From contig MU054323.1 of NCBI GenBank assembly GCA_013239625.1, positions 9,703,186-9,767,185 on the forward strand: 64,000 nucleotides of DNA. The letters run 5' to 3'. The DNA is from Lama guanicoe (lineage: Eukaryota). Shown here piece by piece: positions 13,101-26,800 of this stretch. The stretch's first letter is position 1. The number at the start of each line of letters is the position of its first letter. The translations under genes and the position numbers were made by a program. Below the pieces are notes generated by a model that had not been told where the DNA came from, did not search any database, and saw only the letters and a program-made list of their open reading frames with translations.

Positions 13101-16100
13101 GAAGCTGTGTGGCACTTTTCTCACTTCAGAGATGACATTTTCTGACTGGTTAATAGCACATCCCTCTACAGAACTCAACCCTTGAAAACTGCGTGGGGCC
13201 TCAGCTACATGCTGGCCTGGTGTATACTTCTTGGGTTCCCAGAGAATATATTTCAGAGCTATCCCTGGTGTTACCTGATGCTGGGGCTTCAGAGGAAAAG
13301 GGAAACCTAGTTTAGTTCATCAAAGGGCCCCGAAGTGTGAGACAAGAGGAGCTTCCCAATAGCATTTGGTTCAGAACAGCGCCGGGCGGGTGATCCTGAC
13401 GAAGGGGCTGCCGGGAGCTCCCTGGGTGGGGAGGGGCAGGCTCAGCCTCGCTGGTGCTCCTTCCTTCAGGAAACCTGGGAACGTCTCCTGGCCTCCAGCA
13501 AGTACAATGAGCAGGAGTCCTTCGCAGTGGTCTTCCAGCCTTTCTTCTATGAGAGAGCCCTGCCGCCACCCTCAGTGAGTGAGGACCTTGCCCTCGCCCT
13601 CCCCTACCCCTCCTCGGCAGATGCCCCAGCCCAGCAGGGCTTGACAGGGCCCAGGGTGTGTACTCTCAGGGGACAGTGCTGCAAAATTCTTTTATACTTT
13701 CTTGACAATTTCCCCGTGGGACTGGATAACCCCATGAGGTAGGTTCCTAGAGGCAGAGCCACCCAGAGGTCAAGAGCGTGGACTCCAGCCAGACAGCTAG
13801 CTCCCAGCTCTGGATTGGGCCGGCTGTGTGACCTTGGGCAAGTTGTCTGACCTCTCTGTGCTTTGGATCCTCCTCTGTGGAATCAGGACCATTATTAATA
13901 TTCCATCCCCAAGGTGGGTTGTCAGGATGAGTAAATACATGTGAGGAACTTGGAGCAGTGTCTGGTGCTTGGGAAACCCTCAGTAGCTCTCAAGTGTGAT
14001 GATTCAGGATGGAATTTCCAGGCATCACACCACATCCTCCCTCCACAGGCTCCTCCACAGCCACCCCTGGGAGGGAGGGCAGTTTGAGTTGCTTCCTTGA
14101 GCAGGTCACTGGGCAAACACCCCTTACCCCCGTGGGGCCACCCGGGCCACCCAGACCACAAGCGCTGTCAGGGGTCCACATGTGCTCAGCAAGCTCTCTC
14201 TGACGCCTCTGGGGCCTCAGTGCCGTGCGTCTGGGACAGTCCCCAGTCCGGGGTCCTGGCTCCTGCTGGTGCAGTCATCATGTCCCTCCAGGGCTTCAGT
14301 GACGTTTAAACAGTGGCTTAAAAGGAGGAGGACTATTAGTTCCCATCCCCCACCTCCCACTCAGACTACACCCCATCACTTCCCTGTCACCTGCTCCTTC
14401 TGCTTGTTCAGTGTGTGCAACCCCACGATGATGAGGAGCAGCCTGTGTGACCTGCCCCTCAGGCCCTCCCCTCCGAGCCCTGACCCCAGATAGCAATCCT
14501 ATAAGTTCCCGCCATTATTGATTGGGAGGGGCTGAGAAAAAGAGTCTGGACCCATCAGGACCTTTCCATCTCTGCCAGGGAGAGCTTCCAAGTGCCCGGT
14601 GGGTCTCTCCCAACCCCGGTGGAGGGGGAGGACACAAGGGTTCTTATCTGATTTTCTTTCAGGGTCCGCAGCCACTCCAGGACCCCTCCACACTCGCCTT
14701 GACTCTCTGGAACAGCATGGTGAGTGGCCGGGGTCCTGCGAGCCTGTCCTGCCAGCCTGGGGTTTGGTCTATGGAAGGAGGAGCAGGGCCCCCTCCGCTG
14801 AGCCCGGTCTGCCCACTGCTCGGAAGGGGGATGCTACCGGACACCCGCAGGGCCTGAGGGTGATAACCCTGGACCGCGGGGCATCCTTCCCACACCCAGT
14901 GACAGCCCAGCTGGGACAGCCTGGGAGTTTCACCTCCACGTCCTGGAGGCTGGGCTGCAGCCCTGACAGTGAGCAGGGCTCTCTGGGCAGCGTCAGTCCT
15001 GCTCTTCCTGGAGGCGGGGACGCCTCCTCGGAGTCTGTCTCGGAGATTCACGTGGAGCAGGGCACTAGGGATCAGGCTCACAGAGTGACCGGTCCAGCCT
15101 TCCCTCACTCTACACTTAAGAGCCTGGGAGGAGTGTGGACTTCAGAGTGATGAAGTGGGTTCAAAGCTCTCACAAGCTGTGTGAACTCAGGATCTCAGCT
15201 CCCTTTCTGTGAAACCCCTGAGCCAACATACGGCAAGTGTGTAGCTCACTGCCCGCCCACGGCGAGTACTCACCACCGGTAGCCCTTTTTACTATGACTG
15301 TGACAGGCTTTCCCCAGACTCTGAAGGTCCCCCAGGGCTATCTGGGACGAGTCAGTGGGTGGAATGTTAACGTCAAAAGCTTGAACCTCTCCAGGGCACC
15401 AGACAGAGACCTGATTTCACCATGTATTTTTTCCCCATCCGAGCTGCCCTATTTTTAGAATCCCAGTGACAGAAATTTGGTTTTCTTCTTCCTTGAATTA
15501 GAAAAATTTCTCTCCCTCTCCTCAACTGATGTGCTCCGCTGAGTCCCATGAGCAGCTGTATTTCAGAGTGCCTTGCCAGTAAGACTGCAGAGGGGGAGCA
15601 ACCGGCCCCAGAAACAGCCCATACCAATCAATAGATCCACATGACCCTTTGTAGAAGACATTAGATTTCTTTGAAAAGGACCCTTGTTAGTTACCCTGAC
15701 CTTTGGGGGAGATTTTCCCCCAGAAAACCACTTCGCTGCTGATACCCTGTGAAGGGCCAAGGAAAGGAACATGCCCGTCCATCCTGCATGGCTGCCCTCC
15801 CTCCACCCTCTCTCTGGGGGTGGGTTGGTAATTCCAGCTCAGCCAAACCTCTCTCCTCCTCTGTCACCTTTCTCCCAAGCAACAAAAGGGCACCTACATG
15901 GTGCCTGCCCTGTGCTGAGTCCAAGGAAGATACAAGAGACACACCAAATGGTGTCTGCCTTTCCCGAGCTTAGGGCATAGCTGGAAGGGTCAGGCAGCCC
16001 GGAGGAACACAGTCATGCACTGGACTGTGCACTCAGATGTGACATGGGCAAGAGGTCAGGACAGCCTCGCGAGGATGGAATTTGAACTGGCTTTGGGGGT

Positions 16101-19100
16101 GAGGGTGGGGATATGTCGGAGGAAGTCACGGCTGGCATTTCCAGGCCAGAGGACCTGTGTGAACAGAATGAGAAAAGAGTGAACAAAATGCACTAGCAGG
16201 TGGTGGTGGGAGGCAGGTCTGATGAGAGAGAACACAGGATAAGGAGATACTGAGAATGAGTGAAGCACCTTGAACTGAAGACAGACAGAAGTGGGAGAGC
16301 AGATCTTGGGAGAAGGCGCGTGCTCTCGTTCTCTCTCTCTCTCTCTCCTCCCGCCTCATCTTGCTGTTGATCGTCATCAGCGGTGGTGGGGACGGTGACG
16401 ATAACCCGTTACTGAGCCCGAGTGGTGTCCTGTGCACTCAGACAGGCGCACAGCATCGACAGGGTCCTGGAACCTGCTTGAGGAAGAGTCTGGGCAGGTG
16501 CCCAGACAGCAACAGGTCTCACACTCAGGACCAAAGGACTGGGACCCGGTGGGTGTCCCGGGGGCTTTGAGGAGGAGGCGGCTTTCCTAGGTGGCGGCTA
16601 CCTGCAGTCCTGTCCCAGTGAGAGGCCTCAGGGTTCCTGCAGCCAAGCCAGCGAGAAGGGAGGTGTGTCTGTCCCCTGGATTCCTCTCGAGTGACATGCT
16701 AGACATCCCACAGCTCCTGGAGCTACCGTGGCTGCCAGAACACATGGACAGCCCTGCAGGCCTGAGTTAATTTATGAGAAATTAGGAACATAGCAGGTTA
16801 GAGGAACAGGCCCTGAGTGAGGAGCCAGAAAACCTGGGTTCTGGGTCCAGCTGTGCTTCGGGTTGTTTCTCGAGGTGAGTCCGGTGGTCTTCCTGGGTCC
16901 CATGGTCTCTGATTGCCGGCCTTAGAAGGTCTTGAGAACATACAGGAGTGGCTTCCCCTCAGGTTCCTTCCTGTGTCCTCCCAGGGACATGAGGAGCCCG
17001 GAGTCTCCCTGCCTCCACCTCTGTGCATCTCTGATGTGTTGAGTTTAGCCAAGACTCAGAGGTAACACCAGCTCTGCCCCTCACACCCACGTTTGCAGAC
17101 AAAGAGCCCCGAGTGAGGGCCACCCTTACGCATGGGGAGCAGAGCTGTGACCCCAGGGACCCAGGTCCCACCGCTTCTCTCCTGGACCTCACCCAGGGCA
17201 CCGCAGAGGGGTGGCTGTGCAGGGCCACACCTGTGCCTGTTCCCCTGGCCAAGCCCCGGGATGTACGTAAGCTTGGAGGAAAACCCCCGCACGGGTGTGT
17301 CATGAGCACCCCGCTTCTGAAACACACCTGGCACCGTCCCCACTGAGTGAGCCGCCCAGACAGAAGCTGAGCTCCTGGCACCAAGCGGAGGAGGATTGTG
17401 TGTTTGGGACATAATCCATTCCCTAGGCTCTTCCGGCTCTTTCTACCTCCTCGATAATTTCGGATAATTGTTATACAGCAGTAGTGTTGATGAGACCCAC
17501 CTTTGAGGAACTCGAGTGCCAGATCCAGTGATCACGGACCCCCGCCTTCTGCCAAGCCCGGTGCTAGAGCTGGAGCCACAGGCAGGATGAGGACACTCGG
17601 GAACTGCTCCCAGCCGAGTGGGGATGCTCACAGAGAACGGCTAAGGTCATCCTTCCCACCCCTCCCACACTCCAGTTCATTTCTCGGAGCAGGGAAGCTG
17701 TGCGGAGGAGGTGTAAACAATTAAAGCACTGAAAAGTGGGGCAAGGGCACAGGACCAGCGCCGGCGTCCCTGGAGTGTGCGTTTGTGTGCAGTGTTGGGT
17801 GGCAGAAGGAAGGACACGTGGGGAACGTTTGATGTAGCTGCCTCATTCTCCATCCTGGGGATGGAGGGTCAGAGTGGGTGTAAAGGGGATTAATGGCAGC
17901 AGGAAGGATGCAGGTGACTATTAAAGAGACATTGAGGACAAAGTTCTTAATGCAAATGGGTTTATTAGGAAAACCTATGGATTTTCCTTCTTTGAGGTCT
18001 TTAAGAAATTAGGTTCTGCTATATCTTTTTGACCAGAATTATCACGATGTGGCTGTCTCAACATTTCTTTCAAGATTCTAGTATTGATTAAATTCTTGAA
18101 AGGTTGGTGAAGAGAAGTCAGGCCAGATTGACACCAGGCCACCTACCCAGGTCCCTAAACACTCCCCTGCAGAGCGGCCCTGAACATTCTGGATTGGGAT
18201 TCCACACTTAGTTGTGTCTAACCATCAGAACAAAACTGAAAGGAAATGGGGAGCGCAGCTCCTCCTCCAGCCCTTGAGCTAAAGGTTGCCACTCCTTTTC
18301 CAAAAGGTTGATTATGCCCTCTTATCTGACTCTGTCCATTCGGATGAAGAGCCAGCCCCGAGCAGAGTAAAGTTCCTTCCCCGAGCTGCTCACGGGCACA
18401 GATGCTGGGATAAGATATTGCTGAAGAATCTAAAATGCTCGTGGAGGCTGGCAGAGCCTGTGATTGAACCAGACAGGGGGGCTTCATCTCAGAGCCTCCT
18501 GCTTCTTGTGTCCCCATCAAGATCCTTGGGAAGGGAGGGCAGAGGAGGGGAGGGGAGGGACCAGGTGCCCCAGGAGCCAGACTCCTGGGGGCAGCAGGGC
18601 TGGCAGCAAACATGAGGTTCCCAAACAGTAGAAGACAGTGCATGCAAGAGGAAATCTGATCTCTTCCAAGCTGCATTTCTCTTTTAAGTGCTTACCTACG
18701 TATAGTGAACATTTAAAATATAACAAAAGGAACTTAAACCCCTCCTCTGTTGAGTTCTTCAACTACCTTCACTTTCCTTTCTTCCCTTCAATGCTTTCAC
18801 CTGAGTTGATCCTCTGCCACTTTCCCTTGCGGGTCCACCGTACGCTTCCTGTCCACCTTGTTAGATAGGCTTTGGTTATCATTTCAGCAGCTGCCTGTAT
18901 CAGCACTGATACCACTGTTGCTTATTCTGGAGTTCCTAGGCATTCTACTTGTGGGGGCCGTGCTGTGCTTCACGTCACTGTACCTCTGTGTCCCACTTAA
19001 AGACCTGGGTCCCGCCGGGTAACAGAGGGTTTCCTTCATTCCCTTCTGGTTACACAAGAGCCATGTATTTGTCATTCCTTCCCACTCCTACTCTCCTCTT

Positions 19101-22100
19101 GGAGGGCAGTTTAGTCGGCGAGCCAGCCAGCAGCTGGACGGCAAGGACAGGGATGCGAAGTCAGGCTGCATAGCTGGCCTCTGGATGGTCTGGAAGCCAG
19201 TGATCCACTGAGAGCAATTTGGTTGGATCTGGACACCAGTGTCCTTGTGTCAGCTCAACCTCTCTGGTGTTCACTTTCTCCTATAACAAGAGGGCTGGGC
19301 TGAGAATGGTTCCTCTCCTGCAATGGTCCTCAACTTGAACGTGCATCAGAATTCATGGAGGGCTTGTTAGAACACAGAGAGCAGGACCCCACCCCAGAGC
19401 TTTTGATTCAGTAAGTCTGGGATGGGGGCTAGAAATTTGCATTGCTAATGTGTTCCTGGGTGATGCTGATGCTGCCTGCCCAAGGTCACACTCTGAGAGA
19501 CACTGGGCTAATGAGCCTTTCTCAGTGGTACCCTAGGATGCTGCCACCTACGTAAGACTTTTCTATCTAAAGATCACCTTCTTTTCTAGATGGAGCCGGC
19601 AGGACAGAAAGATGAGCCACTCAGTGCAAAAGAGGGGAAGCCGGTGAAATGTCCCTCTCAGGTAGGCAAGGACTGGGAGAAGGGAGGAGAACTCTTGCTG
19701 AGTTGTGGGGAGAGACAAGGTCACAAGGAAATGGGCTTTGCTGTGAAGTGGGTCTTGCCTGGCAGAGCCATTAGCCCCATTAGGGTCTTGGATCTGTTCT
19801 TCTGAGCCTGGACACAACTTTGCATTCTTGGCACACCTGAAGTTTACACCTGTGGGCCAGGAGAGCTGTTTTAACAGAACTGAGACCCCTTCCATGCCTG
19901 CGGCAGGCATAGGAACAAACCCACAACTCACCTGGCCCCAAATGCCAAAATAGGTGTCTTAAATATGTGCCTAATGCATCATAGGTATAGAATTAATGTC
20001 ACTGAATAAATTAATGAGAAAATAACTGAATGTAAATGAGTAGAATTCCTTTCATCACTTAATGCTAGGCAGATTTTTGGCTTTCTGGATGAACTGGTAA
20101 ATTTTCTGTTACCAGGCTATAAGAACTGTATAATTCATCCTTTTTTCCTCTTTGCCTTGGCTGTCAGGAAACTTAAAATTAGTTCTCTTGTTTGCGAAAA
20201 TGTATCTACTTTGCCTGGTGGCATGAACCTTTTGTAGAGAACAAGAGATGCTGACTATTGCAAGTGGGAAATTTCAAAGTATTAATGAGCTACTTTAGGG
20301 AACTAAGGGGCAGGACAGGAAAGAAGAGCCAGAGAATGGTTTTCTCAACATTTAAAGGATGGTATGAATGTTTCAAATTGGTCAAAGGCATCACTAGATG
20401 AGAAAACCTAGTGATTAATGGATACAGGATCGTGGTTACAATGCATTACCTTTCTCTGCAGGAGAATCCCTTTCTGTTCACCTACGGAAACAGCAACTAC
20501 CTGCCCAGGTTGCTAGAACCCCACGCCAAGGTTGAGGTATGGAGAGTTTTTCTATGATGGATAAATATGCAAATGAGCCAGAGGTGGTACCTCGCTGAGT
20601 CTCTGGAGCCTTCCCCGTGGTTCCTCATGTCCCGAACCCCCACGGGCAGGCTGGGGAAGGGTGAAGGAGCAAGTGTATGGCTGTCCCCTTGGTGCCTGAA
20701 GCAGGTCTGCCCTACAGCTCTGTCTTGACGATGCCGTGGCAGCCTGCCTCCTGGGGCTTCACAGGGCATATTGGGGTGCTCAGTGCTGCCCACTCCCTGT
20801 CTGTTTTGATGCAAGATGTGATTCTTTAGGCTCTCTCCAAGTGGTTGACAAGTCCTTTGAAGCCCATTTGAGCCCTTAATCTGAAGAGACGGTTAAGGAA
20901 AGGCAGCAAAATGTGCTGAAGTCTGAAAACAATTGGCATGGAGATCAAAGGCCTCAGCAGCTGGCCCGCAGCCACAGGGCCGCCGCCCGCTTCCTCACTC
21001 TTGCTTCTCGCTTATCTCATGAGTCTTTTCCCAATACTTGCTGTCAAGATTAGACAGGGCACTCCACACTCCTCTGAGGAAACAAGAAACACTTGAAGGT
21101 TGTCGTCCTCATTCCCAGAAGCCTGGGGACCAATATGGGAAGAGACAGATTTGATCCCAGCACCACCCCTGCCTCCTTATGGTGCAAAAGAGTGTGATTT
21201 CCTCCTGGTACTGGTGGCAAAGCTGATGGCCTGGGCCTCCACCAAAAAGTCCGAGACACACAGCATGAGAGACCTGATTTATCAGCTTGTCCCAGGCTTT
21301 TCAACTAATATCACAGCAGTGAGGACATGTCTGAGAGGCAGTATGGAGCCATGAGTTGGAAAAGCTGGCTCTGGATTCAAATCCAGACTCTTCCACTTAC
21401 CGGCTCTGTGTCAGTGGGCAAGGTACTTAACCTCTCTGTGCTTTGGTGTTTCAAATCTGGGAAATGGTGATAGTCCACTTCCTACCTCATAGAGTTGTTC
21501 TTAGATTGTAGTAAGTCATTAGGTAGAAAGCACTTTTAACAGTATCTGGCATGCCACGAGTTTTATATATAAGAGGGAACATTACATTCCTCCAGGATGC
21601 ATTACTGAATATCTGCTGTGTACCTCAGTGAGGGCAGGGACTCAGGGCAGGTACCTGATCACTATTTGTTGAATGACTAAATGGGCAGATGGGTGGGTGG
21701 CTGGATACCAAGCTTAGGAGATAAAAATACAAATACGTTGCTTGTCCCAAGGAACTCAGTCTGGTGGAGCCAGCCAGCAATGGTAGCACAATATGATAAG
21801 TGTGTAAGGTTTCTGTGGGGAACTCTGGGAACACAGAGGGGGCGCACACAGAAGACAAGAGAATGTTGAGAAGGCTTCCCAAAGAGTGCCCATGACCTCA
21901 GCCTTGAGGGTGACTAAGGTTGAGCCAGGTGGATGGGAATGAGGGAAGTGGGGGGAGGGGAGGGAGGGAAAGAGAGAACAGAGGTGGGTGTTAGGGCCAA
22001 GACGTGGCACGTGGAGAGGATGGAGAGTTGGGTTCAGGGCAGATGGTTTAGAACATCGGGGACCTTGTAGGCCATGCTAAGGAGGATGGACTTTCTCTGA

Positions 22101-23820
22101 TGTTAATAGATAGAAATATCCTTATTCAACCAACAGCCATTGATCGAGCATCTCCTATCCTGTTCTGGGCTCTAGACATACAATAAACAAAACAGATGAA
22201 AATTTCTGCTTTCACTGAGAATTTGGGCAAGGGAGTAACATAGTATGTTGAGAGAGAGGGTCCTCAGACGGATTCAGGAGGCTAGGGAGGAAGCCCAGGG
22301 GACGGGAGCAGGGAGGCTGGACGTTCCAGGAACAAGTGACCAGACCTGATCTTAGGCTCGGCAGAGGGACTGGAGAAGCGGGGCAGGGTTGGGAGCACCT
22401 GCAGAGGATGTTGTGTTGAAGGAGAGGCAGAAATCTTAAACGATGCTTAAGTCTCTGTATTAAGTGGCTCAAACTGGAGGCCCACTTCTCACCCAGTTTC
22501 CCACATTGCAAGATCCATTTCTTCTTACTTCTTCATGTGTCTCATTGCAGGTGACAGAAGGAGCGGAAGTCAGGTGCCCAGACAAGGATCCCTCCAACAC
22601 GATTCCCACCTCAGGTACCTGGCTTGAGTCAAGTGATTTTGAAACTCAGTTGAGGTCTAAAACCATCAAAGTCAGAGCAGTCTTAAGATGATAGGACAGG
22701 GAGGGGTGCAGGGTACAGCTCAGTGGTAGAGTGCCTGCTTAGCATGCAGGAGGTCCTGGGTTCAATCCCTACTACCACCATTAAGGAAAAAAAAAAGAAT
22801 AAACCTAATTACCTTCCCTGCCTCCCCCCCACCCCCCAAAAAGATGACAAGGGCCTTCCATATAACCTGAGACAAACCTGAGAGGCTTTTCAAGGACAGT
22901 AGAAGCAGCTCTGGATATATATTTGCAAGTTCATATCTGTGTTTGATTATTCCTTAACTAAAATACGATAACATTATCAGAAAGCATTTGCTGAGTATTA
23001 ACTGTGCCAGGCCATGCTCTGCAAGGGCCCAGCGTCAGTTGAGTGGACTGGTGTCATTGTCCCCAAGAGTAAGCCTCGATGAGGTGACTTTGTTCTCTGG
23101 AAAACAGAACTACCTTTAAGCAGGAAGCAGAAATAGCCATTTCATATGCCGTGTCAGAGATGTGTACAGGATGCACTCAAATACTGCACGGAACAGGAAA
23201 GCACGCTGTCTTATAAACGTGCCATTTCCATTGCTTCTCTGTAAATGACCATTGCTGGGCCATAACAGTGAGGCTTGTGGAATGTTCTAGGCAAAGACTT
23301 TCCCAAAGGGAGGCTGCCTAAGGGCTGAAACTTTTCCTCCAGGTGAGCCAGCCTGGGAGTGATGTCTGTGTGCATGTGACCATGGGAGGTCACAGAGGTC
23401 ACAGGAGGGCCACATGGTGGCCCGCACGACTCAAAACCTCAGCCCAGGAGCACTCCTGCAACAGTGTGATAGGTTCTCATGCTTGGTTCTGACAGGTGAC
23501 TCACTTGTTCGTTGATTTGTCCACTTGTTCACTTGTATATTAGAGGATGGTCAAATGCCTCCTGTGTGCCTTCTAAGGATAGAAAATTAAGTTGGGAGAT
23601 GTCACTGTATGCAAATCTCTGTAGGCAGACTGTCTCCTTTTGCTGAATATTAGTAGAACAGACAAGTGTCACCCTGCCCTTTGTGTATGTCTCAGCCACA
23701 CATACTCAGATTAAGCCAAATGACTGTGACTGGCAAGTCAGTCAGAAAACTTCTCACCAAAACTTTAGTATGTAACTGGCTCTTGACTAAGTTGCAGAAT
23801 AATAGAATAGATGATAAAGG

Positions 23821-23860
<40 letters not shown>

Positions 23861-26800
23861 TTAGTCTTTAGACTTTTGCCCCTATACTCATTGACAATTC
23901 ATTCCTATTGGCTAGCTTACTTGCTCCACTTCAGTAGCAAGAAACAAGTTATTAGCTTCATATGTAGATCCTACAATAGCAAAAACTCAAAAAATGTACG
24001 TACATATGTGTGTGTGTGTATATATATATATATTATATATATATATATATATATACACACATGTATATATGTACATATAGAAAGAGGGGGGGGGATTGGA
24101 ATGTTCTAACACCAAACTTTTTACAAGTGAAATGTGATCCATCCCCTTCTAATCTTATCATTCTGAAAGGATGCTCTACAAAGATTCTGCCGTCTGTCTA
24201 GATTATGTTTTCATCATGACAGTGATAACCAACCAATCCATTGGAGCATATCTGAACATCTGAAAGCCAGATAAAATGTGGACCTCCTCTTTATTCCCTG
24301 ACCCTGAAGATTATCATGTTTATTGGCACTTGAAGATGTAAGCACAAGAAATCTCGAGACCCTGAGATCTCTGGTGATGGAAGCTGTGTGGATAAGCAGG
24401 TGGACAGATTTAGGCCTCCTAGATCTAACTGAGGGGGCACAGGACCAAAACACTCGTGCTCACCCACTGGGTCGGGGCACTTATGGACCAAGGCTGTGCC
24501 TGCACGTCAGAGTCCCACCTGAAAAGTGTCATGTAGAAAGATGGCCACAGCTAACTGGACAAAAATGAAAAATACATTTCATTACTGCACTTGATCTAGG
24601 GTTGGACATTGTAATCACACATGCGACTGTTGGGGTAGGAAAGAGACTTAGCACAGGATCACATTACCATTACCCTTGATGACTGTCATATTTTGGGTGA
24701 GGTCATTCACTCTTCTGGAGATCACGTTTGCAGTTTCTAATTGCAATGAAGGCATCTGATACATATTATAAGAGCAGATCATCTTATCTTTAAACCCCAA
24801 TGACTCAGCACGTGGTAGGGGCCCAAGAAATCAAACTCATCTTAATTATTGAGTGTTTCTACTTTAGCAAATCAAAGATTCCCAGGGTCGAAAAAGATCT
24901 TCAAAACCACCTAGACCAAAGTGCCTTCCATTAAGACAATTTTCCACCAAGACTATCTTATAATTGATTTACCTTCAGAGTTGTTTTCCAAAACCTTCTT
25001 TGTAGTCCCCTTTGCCCGTGTCTCTCTCAAACTAATCAACAGACACACCTAGCCAACGAAAAGGGACATTTCAGATAGGATACTGATTCATCAACCGGCC
25101 ACGGCCCCGGGCAGCCTGGGCTCCTGGCTCTTACTCCATCCAGAGTCCACAAGTGATGAACCTCTTCCACGGACCTGTGGGGCTTTAGGATGAGATACAC
25201 AGGGTTGATGTAAGTAACTTTTATTACCAACTGCCATTTGGTAGCATGAATAAATGAACGCACGCATGCTTCCAATTCTTTCCTCCTAGCCAGTGCATGC
25301 ATGCAGTTTGCTGAGTGCTGTCTCCTGTGGGCTTTGTAGCTTCGTAAGTACTTACATCATTTTATGTTCCTTCACAGCCCTGTCCCTAACACAGTTGGCA
25401 TAACTAAGAAAAATATGTTGGGCCTGGTAGATGACTTCAGGTTTTCCCATTGAGAAAAGGAGTAGCATTTTGTAAACAGAAGAGGAGAAACAGGAGGGGA
25501 CATGGCTTGTGGACTATTGACTGAAGATGGCTCTCTTGAGGTCAAGCTGCTAATTCCATGCAGAGAGGAAAATGCATTCAAATTCAAGTGGATTTGAAGA
25601 TAGAGTTCCATAAAGCTAATTACATGCCACTGTCACCAATAATACAAATTGGAATGTTTCGTTTATTTTAAGCCATTGGTCCCTTTCTAAGCCCCACTAG
25701 GCTGAGTTCCTTGGGACACTTATTCTACCCACTTGGCTAAAATGAGCTATTCAAACACCGATATGAGAAAGACCCAGGTTACAGCACTGGGCGACCACCA
25801 GGGGTGTGATCTCATTGTGAGCCGGCAGTGTTAAGTCCTGAAGCTGTTTCTACTGTCACCACCTGTTCACGAGTCTTGTGACCTAAACTAGCCTGTGACT
25901 AGGACTCCCCACAGGGAATAACTGCCTGCTCGTCCCCTTGGCAGGACCAGCCTACTGAGCAAGTTCAGAGTCACCCCAAGACACTCGGAGTTCCCTTCCA
26001 TGCTGTTTCCATGACTGAAGGCTTTGTGAGCTGCAAAGTCTCTGACACAGAACCTCTTCCTTAGCTTTCAATTCAACTGAACACATTTCCTGAGCTCCTA
26101 CTATGTTCCAGGCACATATTTCTTCATAGAAACTCACTCTGAAGCACTTCAAAGACAGAAACCAGGCCCAGCCCTGTGCCAGCAGTTGACCACCACAGCA
26201 GAAGTCCTTACATAAGTCCCTAAAATCCGACATCAGACGGGTTGGGCAGCCCTGGCTGAAAAGCAAGAGATAGATGTTTTTTCAGATTACAGCCCCAGGT
26301 GGTTTAAGTGGTTGGGGTACACAAGACAAAGCTCCCAGGTGTCCTTTATCCTGCTGTTCCTTTTTGTGTCCAGTGGGCAGTTTCCCCATTCTGTACTTTA
26401 GGCACCCATTTTCTTGTTATTTGTGATCTTTCATCATAGTTTGGATGGCTTTCTGATAAGAGGCCTCCGCTGTAGAAATCTTGATGAGTTAATGATGTGT
26501 TTATCCACATCTTTCAAGGGGTGGACAGTGTGTACCAGATAATGCTGAGCTAATCAGCCTACACAAATTTAATCTTATCTCTAAAGAATTTGTTCCCCAA
26601 GGAGAGCAATTGCTAAAGTGATTTGCTGGGCTTCCAGGCTGTGTCTGTATCATCCACGGTGATGTTAACAAAGCTCAAATGAAGGTCTCCAGAGTATCAA
26701 CCCAATGACATGTGTTGGGTTCTGTTTTAACAAGATGCCAGATGATCAAACTCCTCCCATTTAGATTTGGTTCCTTTGATTTACTATCTTACAGGGAGTC

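Noticed and set aside
21935..21970. G-quadruplex-like G-runs (also about 10640-10665 and 18528-18560)
   Set aside because: Common in GC-rich mammalian introns; nothing singles these out as functional.
22710..22775. Apparent tRNA-Ala genes (also near 29265, 53350, 56750)
   Set aside because: Each carries the same non-tRNA tail, A-rich end and in some cases a TSD, with diverged stems; they are SINE heads.
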